A DNA stretch of 64,000 nucleotides from Flectonema sp. DT1601 (lineage: Eukaryota). This document shows, in pieces, positions 20,966 to 32,455 of the stretch. Positions within the stretch are counted from its first letter, which is position 1; each line of letters begins with the position of its first letter. The position numbers and the translations under genes are program-made. The DNA is taken from positions 682,001 through 746,000 of the forward strand of contig OZ025796.1 of NCBI GenBank assembly GCA_964019425.1, in the 5' to 3' direction. The notes under the pieces were generated by a model. It had not been told where the DNA came from. It did no database searches and worked only from the letters and a program-made list of their open reading frames with translations.

Positions 20966-21540
20966 TTTCTCAAGCTTCCAAATTAACCAAAGTAGCACCT
21001 ACACCATGGGGATGGTCTGATTGTTGATTGACTGATGGGCCGATATAGATTGGACACAGATCGAGAGTTTTTGAGAGATCTTAGATGAAAGTCCGCACCT
21101 TTCAGGCCATCCCCAAAAAGCACATAGCAGCTACAGCTATGTCAATTCAAATTGCGACGAGCTGCAACTTCGACATGAAGTTTTTCGTTATTGTTCTTAC
21201 CTTCTCCACATATTTACATATGTGATAAGTATAAGTCATATCTTAGGATTGACAATTCCTCCCCATAAATAAATTTCTTTTTATTATTTTATTTTACACC
21301 TGCCTTACTAACTTGGGGAGAAAGAAAGGAAGAACAATGGGCCTCTTATGAGGTGGGCAATTGCCCTGGACCCACATTAAATGTACGCGTGTTTTGCGTC
21401 AGCCCGTTGCTGTAGAAAAAGAAGAGACAGTTTCAGGTAGTAATGAAAAAAAAAAAAAAAAAAAAAAGAATCTTTATTTATTTATTTTATAATAATAAAA
21501 TAAAACATAGATGGAAGTGCCCTACAATTTGGAGGGCACT

Positions 21541-23583
21541 GATAACTCAACAACTGTAGCTTCAAAAGAAGAATTCGCCATCACTCACCTGTATGTCGTT
21601 CCAAAACATAAGATCAAAGTCAAGCTACCGAACAAACCGGCGGTACTGAAAACAATGAAGATGAGTGCCCGCTTCCCACAACTGAAGAAAGTCCACAACA
21701 AGGCAGAAATAGATAAGATGCTGGAAAGAGTGGGACCCGGACTACACGGATTTGCCTATGCGGTTGGACGAAAAGTTCACAAGACGAATACCGTGCGGTA
21801 TCTGGGTGTACATTATGACGGGAAGTTAACCTTTAAGTCGCAAATTCAAAAGATGATGACAGCTGCTTCCAAGGGTCTAGGCTTGTTGGTTAGACTCACT
21901 AGGATAGGCTGCAGAAAGAGGACACTCATTAGTATACTAGTGACGGTGGTGTTAGCAAGGGTGCTTTATGGTGTTGAAAGCTTTGCTTGGATGTTACCAA
22001 AAGAGTGCTTCGAACAACTGGAATTACTGGTAAACAGGGCAGTGAGGCTGGTAACTGGATGTCTGCGGAGCACCAAACTACAGAGACTATACAAAGAAGC
22101 CGACACGCCAAGACTGAAGGAACACATCCAGTATAAGATGTGTAGAACTTACGAACGTTTCAAATTAAGTCCGTTCTTACCGACTCGCAAGCTGACGAGA
22201 ACAGGGAGTTCAGAATTATACCAAAAATCAAAATGGGGATGGAATGTCTGGATAGACTATGTCTCTGGTGTCCCTGGCCTTGACAATTACCGGAGCATTA
22301 CCAACCTGGAAGTGAACCCAGAACACTACACTCTCCCTCCATGGAAAAGTACTAGTGCGATGAGATTCACATATTCAAGTAACAAGGAAGAGGCTGAACA
22401 GCGAGAAGCTGAACTACCAACTCACGAGATGAAAGTCTACACTGACGGGTCGATAAGACACAAATCCGAGACTTACATGACAGACTCGGCTGCCGCTGTG
22501 GTCATAGTAAAAGAAAGCAAGATGCGTCTACTTGGATATAAAATACCAGTAGCGGGTTCCTCTTATAGGACTGAGCAGATTGCAGTAAAACTGGCGTTGG
22601 AAAATTTAGTTCAGGTGGCGGAGGATGAACATGAATCTCTAACAACAACGACGCACCTGTTGACTGATTCGATGTCAGTCATGCAGGCATTGGAACAAGG
22701 GCCATATAAACAAAGGTCCCCAATGAACAAAAAGATCTGGAAGTTGGCAATGAAACTGGAGAAGAAGGGAATCCAAGTCAACATGCAGTATGTACCGGCA
22801 CACAGAAACGTGCGGTACAACGAAGTAGCGGACCAACTGGCGAAATTCGCTGCAGGCCTGAAGGAAGATCCACCTCACGAAGATGTTATTATTAAACAAC
22901 TGCCCACTCAACTTGACATGGGAACATTGATGACGTTTCACAAGCGGAGAAAACGGGAGAACTGGATCGGACCGGGAGAGGTAAGACACCCTCCGTACAT
23001 CGAAGCTCTAACACGACCAGAGGAAGTACTGATGTCACGCTTTAGAGTGGGACATTGCAGAACTCTGATAATCAAAGGACTGAACGAGCTGTGCTTTTTC
23101 TGTAAACTTGGAAAGGCGACAGCACATCATGTATTATTTATATGCGAACATTGGTGTATAGAAACCTTGAGAGAAAAATACATCAGTCACATGATGAATG
23201 ACAAGGGAGAGGAAGCATGCCAACTGGAGGACTGCTACTTACCTGCGAATCAACAGCAGATGACTGGTTTTGTCACAACCTTAGACAGACTGGCACAACT
23301 ATTAGGACGGTAGTATTATTAAAACATCGACATTTCGAATATCAACATTGAAGGCATCATTGCAACACATCTGAAGTCGTCCAAGTGGACAATTTATTCT
23401 GTAGTATTAGTTTTAAGTTATCAAAACAAAGAAAGGAGATACGAAGCCTACGGGATTCCCACCCAACCCCCAAAACAAAGAAAGTAAGAAAGAAAGAAAG
23501 AAAAAGAACAACCGCGCCTAACAGCGCAATCAGCATCACAGACTCACGGGTCGTGATGCACTCAAAAAAAAAAAAAAAAAAAA
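21541..23583 (+). mobile_element. LINE-A 5'-truncated copy
   Basis: Matches the 3' part of ORF2 and the 3' UTR; poly(A); 8-bp TSD AGGGCACT (21533-21540 and 23584-23591). Confidence 0.93.
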
Positions 23584-23610
23584 AGGGCACTTCAAAAAAA
23601 AAAAATTAAA

Positions 23611-25473
23611 ATGGCTGGAAAGAAAGCAATGCGTCCGCAAGATAGAAGGGCTGCAGAAAGGAGAGAAAGAGAAAGGAAAGAGGCGAAGAAGATGAGGGAA
23701 CAAGCCAGAAATGAGATCCGGGAAGAAGAGACCCAAAAACAGCAAGAAGACGAGGACGTGGTGATGGGAGAATCACCAGAAGTATCAGAGGAAGAAATGG
23801 AGATGGACTCTCCAGAAGTACCGGAAGGAATAGCAGTAGAAGTGACCGTAGTAGGACCTCCCGCAGCATTTCAAGCAAGCCCTCAAAACAAGGAGGCAAC
23901 TCAAACTAAGACAAGCCCTCAAAACAAAGAGGCAATTCAAATAAGCCCTCAAAACATAGAGGCACAAGGAAGTGTTTTAAAAACGAAACAAAGCCCTCCG
24001 TCAAATGAGGCACCCCAATCAAGCCCTCAAATCAAAGAGGCACAAAGAAGATCAACGGTGATTATGGATGGGCCACCACCGAAACTCAACAAGGAGCATT
24101 TTAAATGCAAAATACTCCAGCCAACTGAGACCCTCAACAGCAAGACCAACGGCATTATACTTGCATTATCTCAACAAGCAAGAAGCCTGGACGAAGACTA
24201 CTTCGAAAAGGCCAGCAAAACGAAGCAACTGACGATGGTGTTCACACGACCACCTCCAAAACGTGCCCTACAACACGCAACTGACTGCAGTCAGATACAA
24301 ACGCCGGTCCAGTTTGATGGACAATTAAGAATAAGAAGCTGGTGGTTCGTTGCTTTGTCTGGCACGATCCACCGCCCAACTCTAACAATAGCTAAGAAGA
24401 TCAACGCACCGGTGACCCACGAATTAATTGCGTGGATAACAACTAAAGAGTTGACCAAGTCACAGGTCCAAAACCCGGCAGCTGTAACAGCAATTGTCAA
24501 AGCTGTTGTGGCACAACACGGAAGAGTCGATCAACGCTCCTACAGATACGTTGGCAAAGACTACGTAGAACTCACTGTTCTCCCAAACGACGTGGATGCA
24601 GCTGTTGCATTATTAAGAAACTCCGGAATAGGAAATGTTTATTTCCGGATCAAATCAGTGGCGGGACAGACACCCACTCAGTACACTACAGTGTGGCTGG
24701 ACCGCAAGACAACGAACGAAGAGGCAGTTGGCATACTTAAAGCCCAACATGACCTCTGCCATGGACTCACCATCATTCATGGCAAGATTGGATTGAGGGT
24801 GGTTTATCAAAAGGATGTTGATAAAGTTAGAAAGGGTGCTGGTAAATATGCATCCACAGTGTTTTGCGAAGGGCTCCACCGTCTCAGTGGAGCACCTTAC
24901 AGCTGGGGAAACAGACTTCGGAATTTCCTATTGGAGATAGGACTGAAGTCAAAGTTTATAAGGATGGACAGAGGTGACTTTATCATCGCACTGGACAAGA
25001 AACCAGAATCAAGGTTTGTACAGTGTGGTGATATTGTCATCCTCATTGAAAAGTTAGAAACAGAAGTGAAGGCGAAGGAAACAGCGAAACCTGTTGTAGT
25101 TAAGTACCGTGAGGCTAGAACATCGTACGCAGCAGCGGTCAAGAGGTCACTCCCGACAACGAAGAAACCAACGGCCGAAGTTCAGGTTGTAGAAAACAAC
25201 GTCAACAGCCTGAGAGAGAAAACGAACGAGACTATCGAACGTCTCCAGAAAGAAGTGAAGGACATGCAAGTTCGACTTGATGAAGGCATGGCACAGATAA
25301 CCGGGATTGTAGAAACCCTGGTGCAAACTACGAAAAAGAACGAAGCAGCCAACAACAACATGGCGACAGCCATCACTTCGTTGATAGAAGCTGTCAAGAG
25401 GATTGAGAACAATCTTGGTATGAACAAGATTACTACAAGTGCGACCAATAGGAACAACACTGGCCAATCATGA
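23611..25473 (+). CDS. LINE-A ORF1 (620 aa; acidic/SPQ-repeat N-terminus, C-terminal coiled coil)
   Basis: Intact ORF whose stop overlaps the ORF2 start (ATGA). Confidence 0.9.
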   Translation: MAGKKAMRPQDRRAAERRERERKEAKKMREQARNEIREEETQKQQEDEDVVMGESPEVSEEEMEMDSPEVPEGIAVEVTVVGPPAAFQASPQNKEATQTKTSPQNKEAIQISPQNIEAQGSVLKTKQSPPSNEAPQSSPQIKEAQRRSTVIMDGPPPKLNKEHFKCKILQPTETLNSKTNGIILALSQQARSLDEDYFEKASKTKQLTMVFTRPPPKRALQHATDCSQIQTPVQFDGQLRIRSWWFVALSGTIHRPTLTIAKKINAPVTHELIAWITTKELTKSQVQNPAAVTAIVKAVVAQHGRVDQRSYRYVGKDYVELTVLPNDVDAAVALLRNSGIGNVYFRIKSVAGQTPTQYTTVWLDRKTTNEEAVGILKAQHDLCHGLTIIHGKIGLRVVYQKDVDKVRKGAGKYASTVFCEGLHRLSGAPYSWGNRLRNFLLEIGLKSKFIRMDRGDFIIALDKKPESRFVQCGDIVILIEKLETEVKAKETAKPVVVKYREARTSYAAAVKRSLPTTKKPTAEVQVVENNVNSLREKTNETIERLQKEVKDMQVRLDEGMAQITGIVETLVQTTKKNEAANNNMATAITSLIEAVKRIENNLGMNKITTSATNRNNTGQS

Positions 25474-28400
25474 TTGTGATCTGGTCAAATAACATTCGCT
25501 CAGTTCTGAAACCAGAAAATTACTTTCAATTGAACTGGGCACTGAAAGAAGAAAAGCCTGATGTAGTACTACTGCAGGAAACGTGGTTATCTAAAGAAAA
25601 ACACTTCGCTATTGAAGGGTATGCAATCCACAGGCGAGATAGCACCATCAAGTCAGGTCATCGAGGACTCGTCACTCTGGTCAGAAATGATTTAAATAAG
25701 ATAATATTAAAACACCCCGACATCTCACATGACCAAACTGAGATATTAACAGTAGTACTTCAATCTAATCCGCCATTGACAATTCACAATGTTTACCACC
25801 CGCCTGAAATCAAGGCAACAACATGGAAGTTTAAAACAGAGCCCGGCACATTGATTGCGGGTGACATTAATGGACACCATTCAACTTGGTCAAATGGAAA
25901 TACGAACATTACTGGTAACAGCTTCTACGATTGGTCACTAGAAGCAGCAATTCAAATTCTAAACAAACCTCAACAACACACAAGACCACAGAGCTCAGCC
26001 TCTCCGGATGTAATTGCATTAGATATTTCTTTGGATGCACAAATCGAACTCATGAAGGGATGGGGCAGCGATCACCTGCCACTCAAACTGACAATCGAAG
26101 ATATCAAAACAGATGAATATTCAAAAGAGAGTTCTGGAACATGGAAATGGAAGTGGCATTGTGCCGATTGGAATTATTATAAAATATTGTTGGAAAGGGC
26201 AGCGCCCAAATTAGAAAGAATTAAGAATGTGCAGAAACTTGCTAATAGGATCAACAACGAGATTCTGAGAGCAGCGAGTAGGGCCATCCCAGGCTACAAC
26301 AAAAAGTCAAGTAGTACCTTCGCTGTGAGGGATTCAGAATTGGAAGATTTAATGGCAGAGACTGACCCTGATAAGACAGACTCAGAAGCAATTGAAAGAG
26401 GTATCAATATGATCAAACAGAAGATCATTGAGTGCGACATGACTGGAATGGACTACCGATGGGCCTTTAGAAAAGTTAAACAACTGGAAGGTAGGATGAT
26501 GGACCATTCAATTACTAAGATTGTCGATGGTGAGAAGGAATTAACCGACCCGCGGGAGATGGCAGATGTCTTCACCAAAACATACGCAGACCAATTCAAA
26601 TTCGAAGACGGTGAACCAACCTTGCAAGGAATACCTGATGACAACTCGGTGGAATTTGGAATGCCTGAACTGGAACGACAAATTTCAAAAACAAAGGAGA
26701 AGAAGGCACCTGGACCTGACCACATCTGGAACTCGATGTTAAAACAACTTCCAAAAGCTTTCCTCGAGCAACTACTAAGACTATTCAACCTCTCATGGCA
26801 ACGATCAGCAGTACCCAGGTGCTGGAAAAGTGGAATGGTAATACCCATACTGAAACCTGATAAAGACAAGAAACAAGTCTTATCGTACAGACCGATAGCA
26901 CTAACCTCGACCGTCTCGAAACTCTTTGAAAGAATGGTAGTGGAACGGATGCACCACCTGTTGAAAGACAGAATGAATCCGAGGCAAGCAGCCTACAAAC
27001 GAGGACGGGATTCCATTGAAAATCTCTGTATAGTTACAGACAAACTCAAAAGTGCCAAGGCAATGGGAGAAGAAGCGATATTAATCACCTTCGACCTACA
27101 AAAAGCCTTCGATGCAGTTCAACCGGTAACTCTTCTAAATAAGATGTCCAAAATAGGATTATCAACGAAATATCTACGGTGGGTTCAAAACTACTTGACT
27201 AGCAGGAAGATTTCAACAAGGGTGAATGGAGTGAAGGGAGCATTCCGGAACATTCGAGTAGGAGTGCCACAAGGAAGCGTGCTGGGACCCCAGTTATTCT
27301 CTATCTTCATAAACGATTTGATAGATAAACTAGAGATGTACGAACCGACTGTCTTTGCAGATGATGTTGGAATAGTAATAACCGCGGGCACTGTCAGCTG
27401 TTTAGAAAACAAGGTTAACAACGCAGTCAAAATATTTGAAAGGTGGGCACTTGACTCACACATCAAAATCAATAAGAACCCTGGCAAGACGGAATACATT
27501 CACGTGAGGCCAAGAGGAACACATGACAAGTCCCCAGTAGTAGTATACTCTGAAGAACACACATTTAAATATGTGGTGGCCACGGCAGAACAAATGAGTA
27601 ACCTTGTGAAGGATGATAACTCAACAACTGTAGTTTCAAAAGAAGAATTCGCCATCACTCACCTGTACGTCGTTCCAAAACATAAGATCAAAGTCAAGCT
27701 ACCGAATAAACCGGCGGTACTGAAAACAATGAAGATGAGTGCCAGCTTCTCACAACTGAAGAAAGTCCACAACAAGGCAGAAATAGATAAGATGCTGGAA
27801 AGAGTGGGACCCGGACTACACGGATTTGCCTATGCGGTTGGACGAAAAGTTCACAAGACGAATACCGTGCGGTATCTGGGTGTACATTATGACGGGAAGT
27901 TAACCTTTAAGTCGCAAATTCAAAAGATGATGACAGCTGCTTCCAAGGGTCTAGGCTTGTTGGTTAGACTCACCAGGATAGGCTGCAGAAAGAGGACACT
28001 CATTAGTATACTGGTGACGGTGGTGTTAGCAAGGGTGCTTTATGGTGTTGAAAGCTTTGCTTGGATGCTACCAAAAGAGTGCTTCGAACAACTGGAATTA
28101 CTGGTAAACAGGGCAGTGAGGCTGGTAACTGGATGTCTGCGGAGCACCAAACTACAGAGACTTTACAAAGAAGCCGACACGCCAAGACTAAAGGAACACA
28201 TCCAGTATAAGATGTGTAGAACTTATGAACGTTTCAAATTGAGTCCGTTCTTACCGACTCGCAAGCTGACGAGAACAGGGAGTTCAGAATTATACCAAAA
28301 ATCAAAATGGGGATGGAATGTCTGGATAGACTATGTCTCTGGTGTCCCTGGCCTTGACAATTACCGGAGCATTACCAACCTGGAAGTGAACCCAGAACAC

Positions 28401-29387
28401 TACACTGTCCCTCCATGGAAAAGTACTAGTGCGATGAGATTCACATATTCAAGTAACAAGGAAGAGGCTGAACAGCGAGAAGCTGAACTACCAACTCACG
28501 AGATGAAAGTCTACACTGACGGGTCGATAAGACACAAATCCGAGACTTACATGACAGACTCGGCTGCCGCTGTGGTCATAGTAAAAGAAAGCAAGATGCG
28601 TCTACTTGGATATAAAATACCAGTAGCGGGTTCCTCTTATAGGACCGAGCAGATTGCAGTAAAACTGGCGTTGGAAAATTTAGTTCAGGTGGCGGAGGAT
28701 GAACATGAATCTCTAACAGCAACGACGCACCTGTTGACTGATTCGATGTCAGTCATGCAGGCATTGGAACAAGGGCCATATAAACAAAGGTCCCCAATGA
28801 ACAAAAAGATCTGGAAGTTGGCAATGAAACTGGAGAAGAAGGGAATCCAAGTCAACATGCAGTATGTACCGGCACACAGAAACGTGCGGTACAACGAAGT
28901 AGCGGACCAACTGGCGAAATTCGCTGCAGGCCTGAAGGAAGATCCACCTCACGAAGATGTTATTATTAAACAACTGCCCACTCAACTTGACATGGGAACA
29001 TTGATGACGTTTCACAAGCGGAGAAAAAGGGAGAACTGGATCGGACCGGGAGAGGTAAGACACCCTCCGTACATCGAAGCTCTAACACGACCAGAGGAAG
29101 TACTGATGTCACGCTTTAGAGTGGGACATTGCAGATCTCTGATAATCAAAGGACTGAACGAGCTGTGCTTTTTCTGTAAACTTGGAAAGGCGACAGCACA
29201 TCATGTATTACTTATATGCGAACATTGGTGTATAGAAACCTTGAGAGAAAAATACATCAGTCACATGATGAATGACAAGGGAGAGGAAGCATGCCAACTG
29301 GAGGACTGCTACTTACCTGCGAATCAACAGCAGATGACTGGTTTTGTCACAACCTTAGACAGACTGGCACAATTATTAGGACGGTAG
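25470..29387 (+). CDS. LINE-A ORF2 (APE-RT-RNase H-CCHC, 1305 aa)
   Basis: Same motifs as 5291-9208. Confidence 0.95.
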   Translation: MIVIWSNNIRSVLKPENYFQLNWALKEEKPDVVLLQETWLSKEKHFAIEGYAIHRRDSTIKSGHRGLVTLVRNDLNKIILKHPDISHDQTEILTVVLQSNPPLTIHNVYHPPEIKATTWKFKTEPGTLIAGDINGHHSTWSNGNTNITGNSFYDWSLEAAIQILNKPQQHTRPQSSASPDVIALDISLDAQIELMKGWGSDHLPLKLTIEDIKTDEYSKESSGTWKWKWHCADWNYYKILLERAAPKLERIKNVQKLANRINNEILRAASRAIPGYNKKSSSTFAVRDSELEDLMAETDPDKTDSEAIERGINMIKQKIIECDMTGMDYRWAFRKVKQLEGRMMDHSITKIVDGEKELTDPREMADVFTKTYADQFKFEDGEPTLQGIPDDNSVEFGMPELERQISKTKEKKAPGPDHIWNSMLKQLPKAFLEQLLRLFNLSWQRSAVPRCWKSGMVIPILKPDKDKKQVLSYRPIALTSTVSKLFERMVVERMHHLLKDRMNPRQAAYKRGRDSIENLCIVTDKLKSAKAMGEEAILITFDLQKAFDAVQPVTLLNKMSKIGLSTKYLRWVQNYLTSRKISTRVNGVKGAFRNIRVGVPQGSVLGPQLFSIFINDLIDKLEMYEPTVFADDVGIVITAGTVSCLENKVNNAVKIFERWALDSHIKINKNPGKTEYIHVRPRGTHDKSPVVVYSEEHTFKYVVATAEQMSNLVKDDNSTTVVSKEEFAITHLYVVPKHKIKVKLPNKPAVLKTMKMSASFSQLKKVHNKAEIDKMLERVGPGLHGFAYAVGRKVHKTNTVRYLGVHYDGKLTFKSQIQKMMTAASKGLGLLVRLTRIGCRKRTLISILVTVVLARVLYGVESFAWMLPKECFEQLELLVNRAVRLVTGCLRSTKLQRLYKEADTPRLKEHIQYKMCRTYERFKLSPFLPTRKLTRTGSSELYQKSKWGWNVWIDYVSGVPGLDNYRSITNLEVNPEHYTVPPWKSTSAMRFTYSSNKEEAEQREAELPTHEMKVYTDGSIRHKSETYMTDSAAAVVIVKESKMRLLGYKIPVAGSSYRTEQIAVKLALENLVQVAEDEHESLTATTHLLTDSMSVMQALEQGPYKQRSPMNKKIWKLAMKLEKKGIQVNMQYVPAHRNVRYNEVADQLAKFAAGLKEDPPHEDVIIKQLPTQLDMGTLMTFHKRRKRENWIGPGEVRHPPYIEALTRPEEVLMSRFRVGHCRSLIIKGLNELCFFCKLGKATAHHVLLICEHWCIETLREKYISHMMNDKGEEACQLEDCYLPANQQQMTGFVTTLDRLAQLLGR

Positions 29388-29842
29388 TATTATTAAAACA
29401 TCGACATTTCGAATATCAACATTGAAGGCATCATTGCAACACATCTGAAGTCGTCCAAGTGGACAATTAATTCTGTAGTATTAGTTTTAAGTTATCAAAA
29501 CAAAGAAAGGAGATACGAAGCCTACGGGATTCCCACCCCCAACCCCCAAAACAAAGAAAGTAAGAAAGAAAGAAAGAAAAAGAACAGCCGCGCCTAACAG
29601 CGCAATCAGCATCACAGACTCACGGGTCGTGGTGCACTCAAAAAAAAAAAAAAAGGGCGTGTAGGGCGCTTGTAGGGCGCTTTTAATATAAATATTATTT
29701 TGGAGGGCGCTTTTTTTTACCTTTTTTATTACTATAAGACAGCTAAATTGACGTCGACTTACACTGACGCACAAGTATTTTGACGCAGAAGCCAAAAAAA
29801 AATTTTGACATGCTTGGCAGTCTTTTGAGAAAGAGAAAAAAA

Positions 29843-29880
29843 GGTGTCACGGGGTTCGAACCCGAGACCTCCAGGTCATG
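29843..29880 (-). pseudogene. tRNA-like 3' half (variable loop, T arm/B box, T-run)
   Basis: CATGACCTGGAGGTCTCGGGTTCGAACCCCGTGACACC followed by TTTTTTT; no 5' half recognised. Confidence 0.55.
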
Positions 29881-30467
29881 GTTCGGAGGTCAACAATGGC
29901 AAAAAACAATGGGCCACTCCTTGAGAGCTTCCGGAGCCTGCTGCAATCCCTGAAGCTGAAACTCATTTCAGTGGACGATGCATCCCAGATCTACAAGGAA
30001 CTGATAGCCCGCAGAATGCACCGAGTCGAATAAAGGATTCGAGGAGGGAGAGTGCGTTCTTGCTAACCTGTTAATAGGCCGGTCTTCAGGTACCTTGTGA
30101 GAAAAAAAAGAAGTTTACTGGTGGCAAGTAAACTGATATCCCAGAGACGCATTTGATCGGGCGAACCGGAGAAAAGTCAAATAAGATGCGATTCGACCCT
30201 CGCTGAGGGCAGGGGTGTGTCAAAATGAGCTCGGCATTATATTAAATTTAATTAAAAAAGCGCCCTACGCGCCCTCCAGCGCCCTATTTTGGCCCTACAA
30301 TGGCCCTACAATGGCCCTATTTTGGCCCTACAAATTTTTGTGGCTGATTTTCACCAGGCGCCCTCCAAATTTGGAGGGCACTTCCATCTATGATAAAATA
30401 TAAAAATCTTTATTTTTTATTTATTTAGTCACAACATAAGAATCTTTATTTTTTATTTATTTATTTA

Positions 30468-32394
30468 GATGCCAGTGGGACCGGATCCGACCTGGGTGAA
30501 GTTGCTGACTGCCGTACTCATGCCGATGGTGGATAGTGTTAAGTACTTGGGTGTCCATATTGACGATGACCTTACATATGGTACACAAGTGGATAAACTA
30601 CTGGATGAGACGAGGAAGGGACTTGTTCTGCTTCGAAAGTTGAAGCTATTCAACTTTGATTTCAAAACGCTGAACATGATCAAGAACTTATACATCCTCT
30701 CAAGGATTCTGTATGGGCTTGAGAGCTATGGACCTTTCCTGACAGATGAACAGCTAAAACCTATTGACCTGAATCTGAGGAAGATAGCTAGAAAGATCAC
30801 CGGCTGCGGCTTCAACACAAGGTCCCTTCCGTTACTGTGGGAGGCGAACATACTCCCGATGAGACTGCAGATTGAGAAGCAAGCCAGGATTGCTTTATTT
30901 AGGTATCGGTCACTGGATTGGGTTCCTTCTACGAAGGCAATCGCTAGTAGAACTTGGAGTTCAACTTTACCGGCCGAGGACCGTAATATGGAGATCCAGG
31001 GGATTGTCATGCCTGACAGCATCGAGCCATGGATAGATGTTCCGAACCTGGAGATATCTTGCGGATATGGACATTCGAAGACCGGTGTTGCTGAAGTGGA
31101 CAAGGCTAAGTTCGAGGAGTACTGCAGCGAACTTAGGCCGTGTACCTCGTCCATTTTTGTTGACGGATCCCACGACCCTGTCAACTACACGGCAGGCGCA
31201 GCAGCAGTGCAGATCACGCCGTGTGAACGGACCATGGCATCGAGACTTGTTGCAACGGAAAGTAGTTATAAAGCTGAACAGGTAACTCTGAAGCTGTTAA
31301 TAAGTGAATTTGGAAAAGCAACCTCTGTCTTGGGTCCCAGATTTGGAATCACGAGAGTCTTCAGTGATTCTAAATCCAATCTGGATGAGCTGCGTGGTGG
31401 AATTGCGGCTCAGAGGAAGCTGAACTCTCTCTCGATACTAGAAGGGATAAGAAAATTAGACTCATTCGTACACCTTCAATTCATCCCAGCTCACGTGGGA
31501 ATTGAACCGCATGACAAGGCAGATGAACTGGCGAAAAAGATCTCAAAAGATGTTAAGAGCAAGCCGGTGTCAACGACTATGGACTTCTTCGCACATAAGT
31601 CAAGGATAGTGAGGGAAGCTAACAGAAAGCTGTTTGGTAAGATTATGGAGGGTTCAACAAGGGCGAAACCACCGATCAAACGGGTGATGCTTAGGCAATA
31701 TCTTGATGCTACCGGAGGCCTTGAGAGCGGCTCGATACCCCAAGGACATGCTGAGAGAATCAGAGATAAGGATAGCCAGGTTCAGAACGGGCTCTCACCC
31801 CCTGCTCAGGGTAAATGAACTACCGATAAAGTGCCCCTTCTGCAAAAGAACAGACTCTACTGCCAGACATCTAATATTTGATTGCGAGGATGGTGACGTG
31901 GTCCGCATTAGAGAAGGAACAATAAGATCAAACATTCAGGAAGCGAGAATTTCCGAGACCAAACTGAATCTTTCAATAATGTTTGCGACGAGAAATCTTC
32001 ACGCCCTAGCAGGCTACTTATGGCATTTGGAACAACGAACAGGCTTATCAAACTGTTAACTGATTGGTAGTTGCTAATTCATTAGTATCATTCTCCCTTA
32101 TCACACTCCTTAATCATCTCCTAATTTCTCTGAGGACATCCGCAGAGCTTCATGGCTCGTAGGTAACCCAGTGGTCTTTGGCCACCGTCCCTGTACTGAT
32201 CCTTCGCTTTATATTAACTGTGTCTTGAGATTCCTATCCGGGGAAGTCCTCCAACGGACTCAGGACAGTTGCGCTTGTTTTTACTTATTTACTTTATCAA
32301 AAAATAAGAAGGGCAAGAATGCTCAGAATGAAGAAAAATAAAGTGGAAAGACAGGGGGGATGTGACTAAATAAATAAATAAAAATAAATAAAAA
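30468..32394 (+). mobile_element. LINE-B 5'-truncated copy with a 1-nt insertion frameshift near 31721
   Basis: Near-identical to 11435-13356; 17-bp flanking duplication TTTATTTATTTATTTAG (30452-30468 and 32400-32416). Confidence 0.92.
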
Positions 32395-32455
32395 TTTAAT
32401 TTATTTATTTATTTAGTCAAATCCCCCTGTCATTCTTTCTGAAAAAAAAATAAAA

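Larger units (their letters stand above)
15594..21467 (+). mobile_element. Non-LTR family C, full length, SL-headed
   Basis: SL, ORF1, 2A-like motif, APE-RT-RNase H-CCHC, structured 3' UTR, poly(A); putative TSD AAGAAT (15588-15593 and 21466-21471). Confidence 0.92.
23593..29654 (+). mobile_element. LINE-A full-length, apparently intact copy
   Basis: Uninterrupted ORF1 and ORF2, poly(A) tail. Confidence 0.95.
21506..30392. mobile_element. Non-autonomous TIR DNA element (about 0.8 kb of its own sequence) hosting two LINE-A insertions
   Basis: TIRs CATAGATGGAAGTGCCCT(a/c)C(A)AATTTGGAGGGC at 21506-21537 and 30360-30392; inverted subterminal GTAGGGCGC/GCGCCCTAC arrays; ATAAAA on both flanks. 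Confidence 0.8.

Noticed and set aside
21427..21434. ACAGTTTC near the LINE-C 3' end matching the SL core
   Set aside because: Only 8 nt, consistent with chance
21511..23313. 600-aa ORF as an independent gene
   Set aside because: The ATG comes from the TIR sequence and is by chance in frame with a truncated LINE-A
30259..30331. CRISPR-like or satellite array
   Set aside because: Short 9-11 nt units without unique spacers; explained as subterminal repeats of the TIR element
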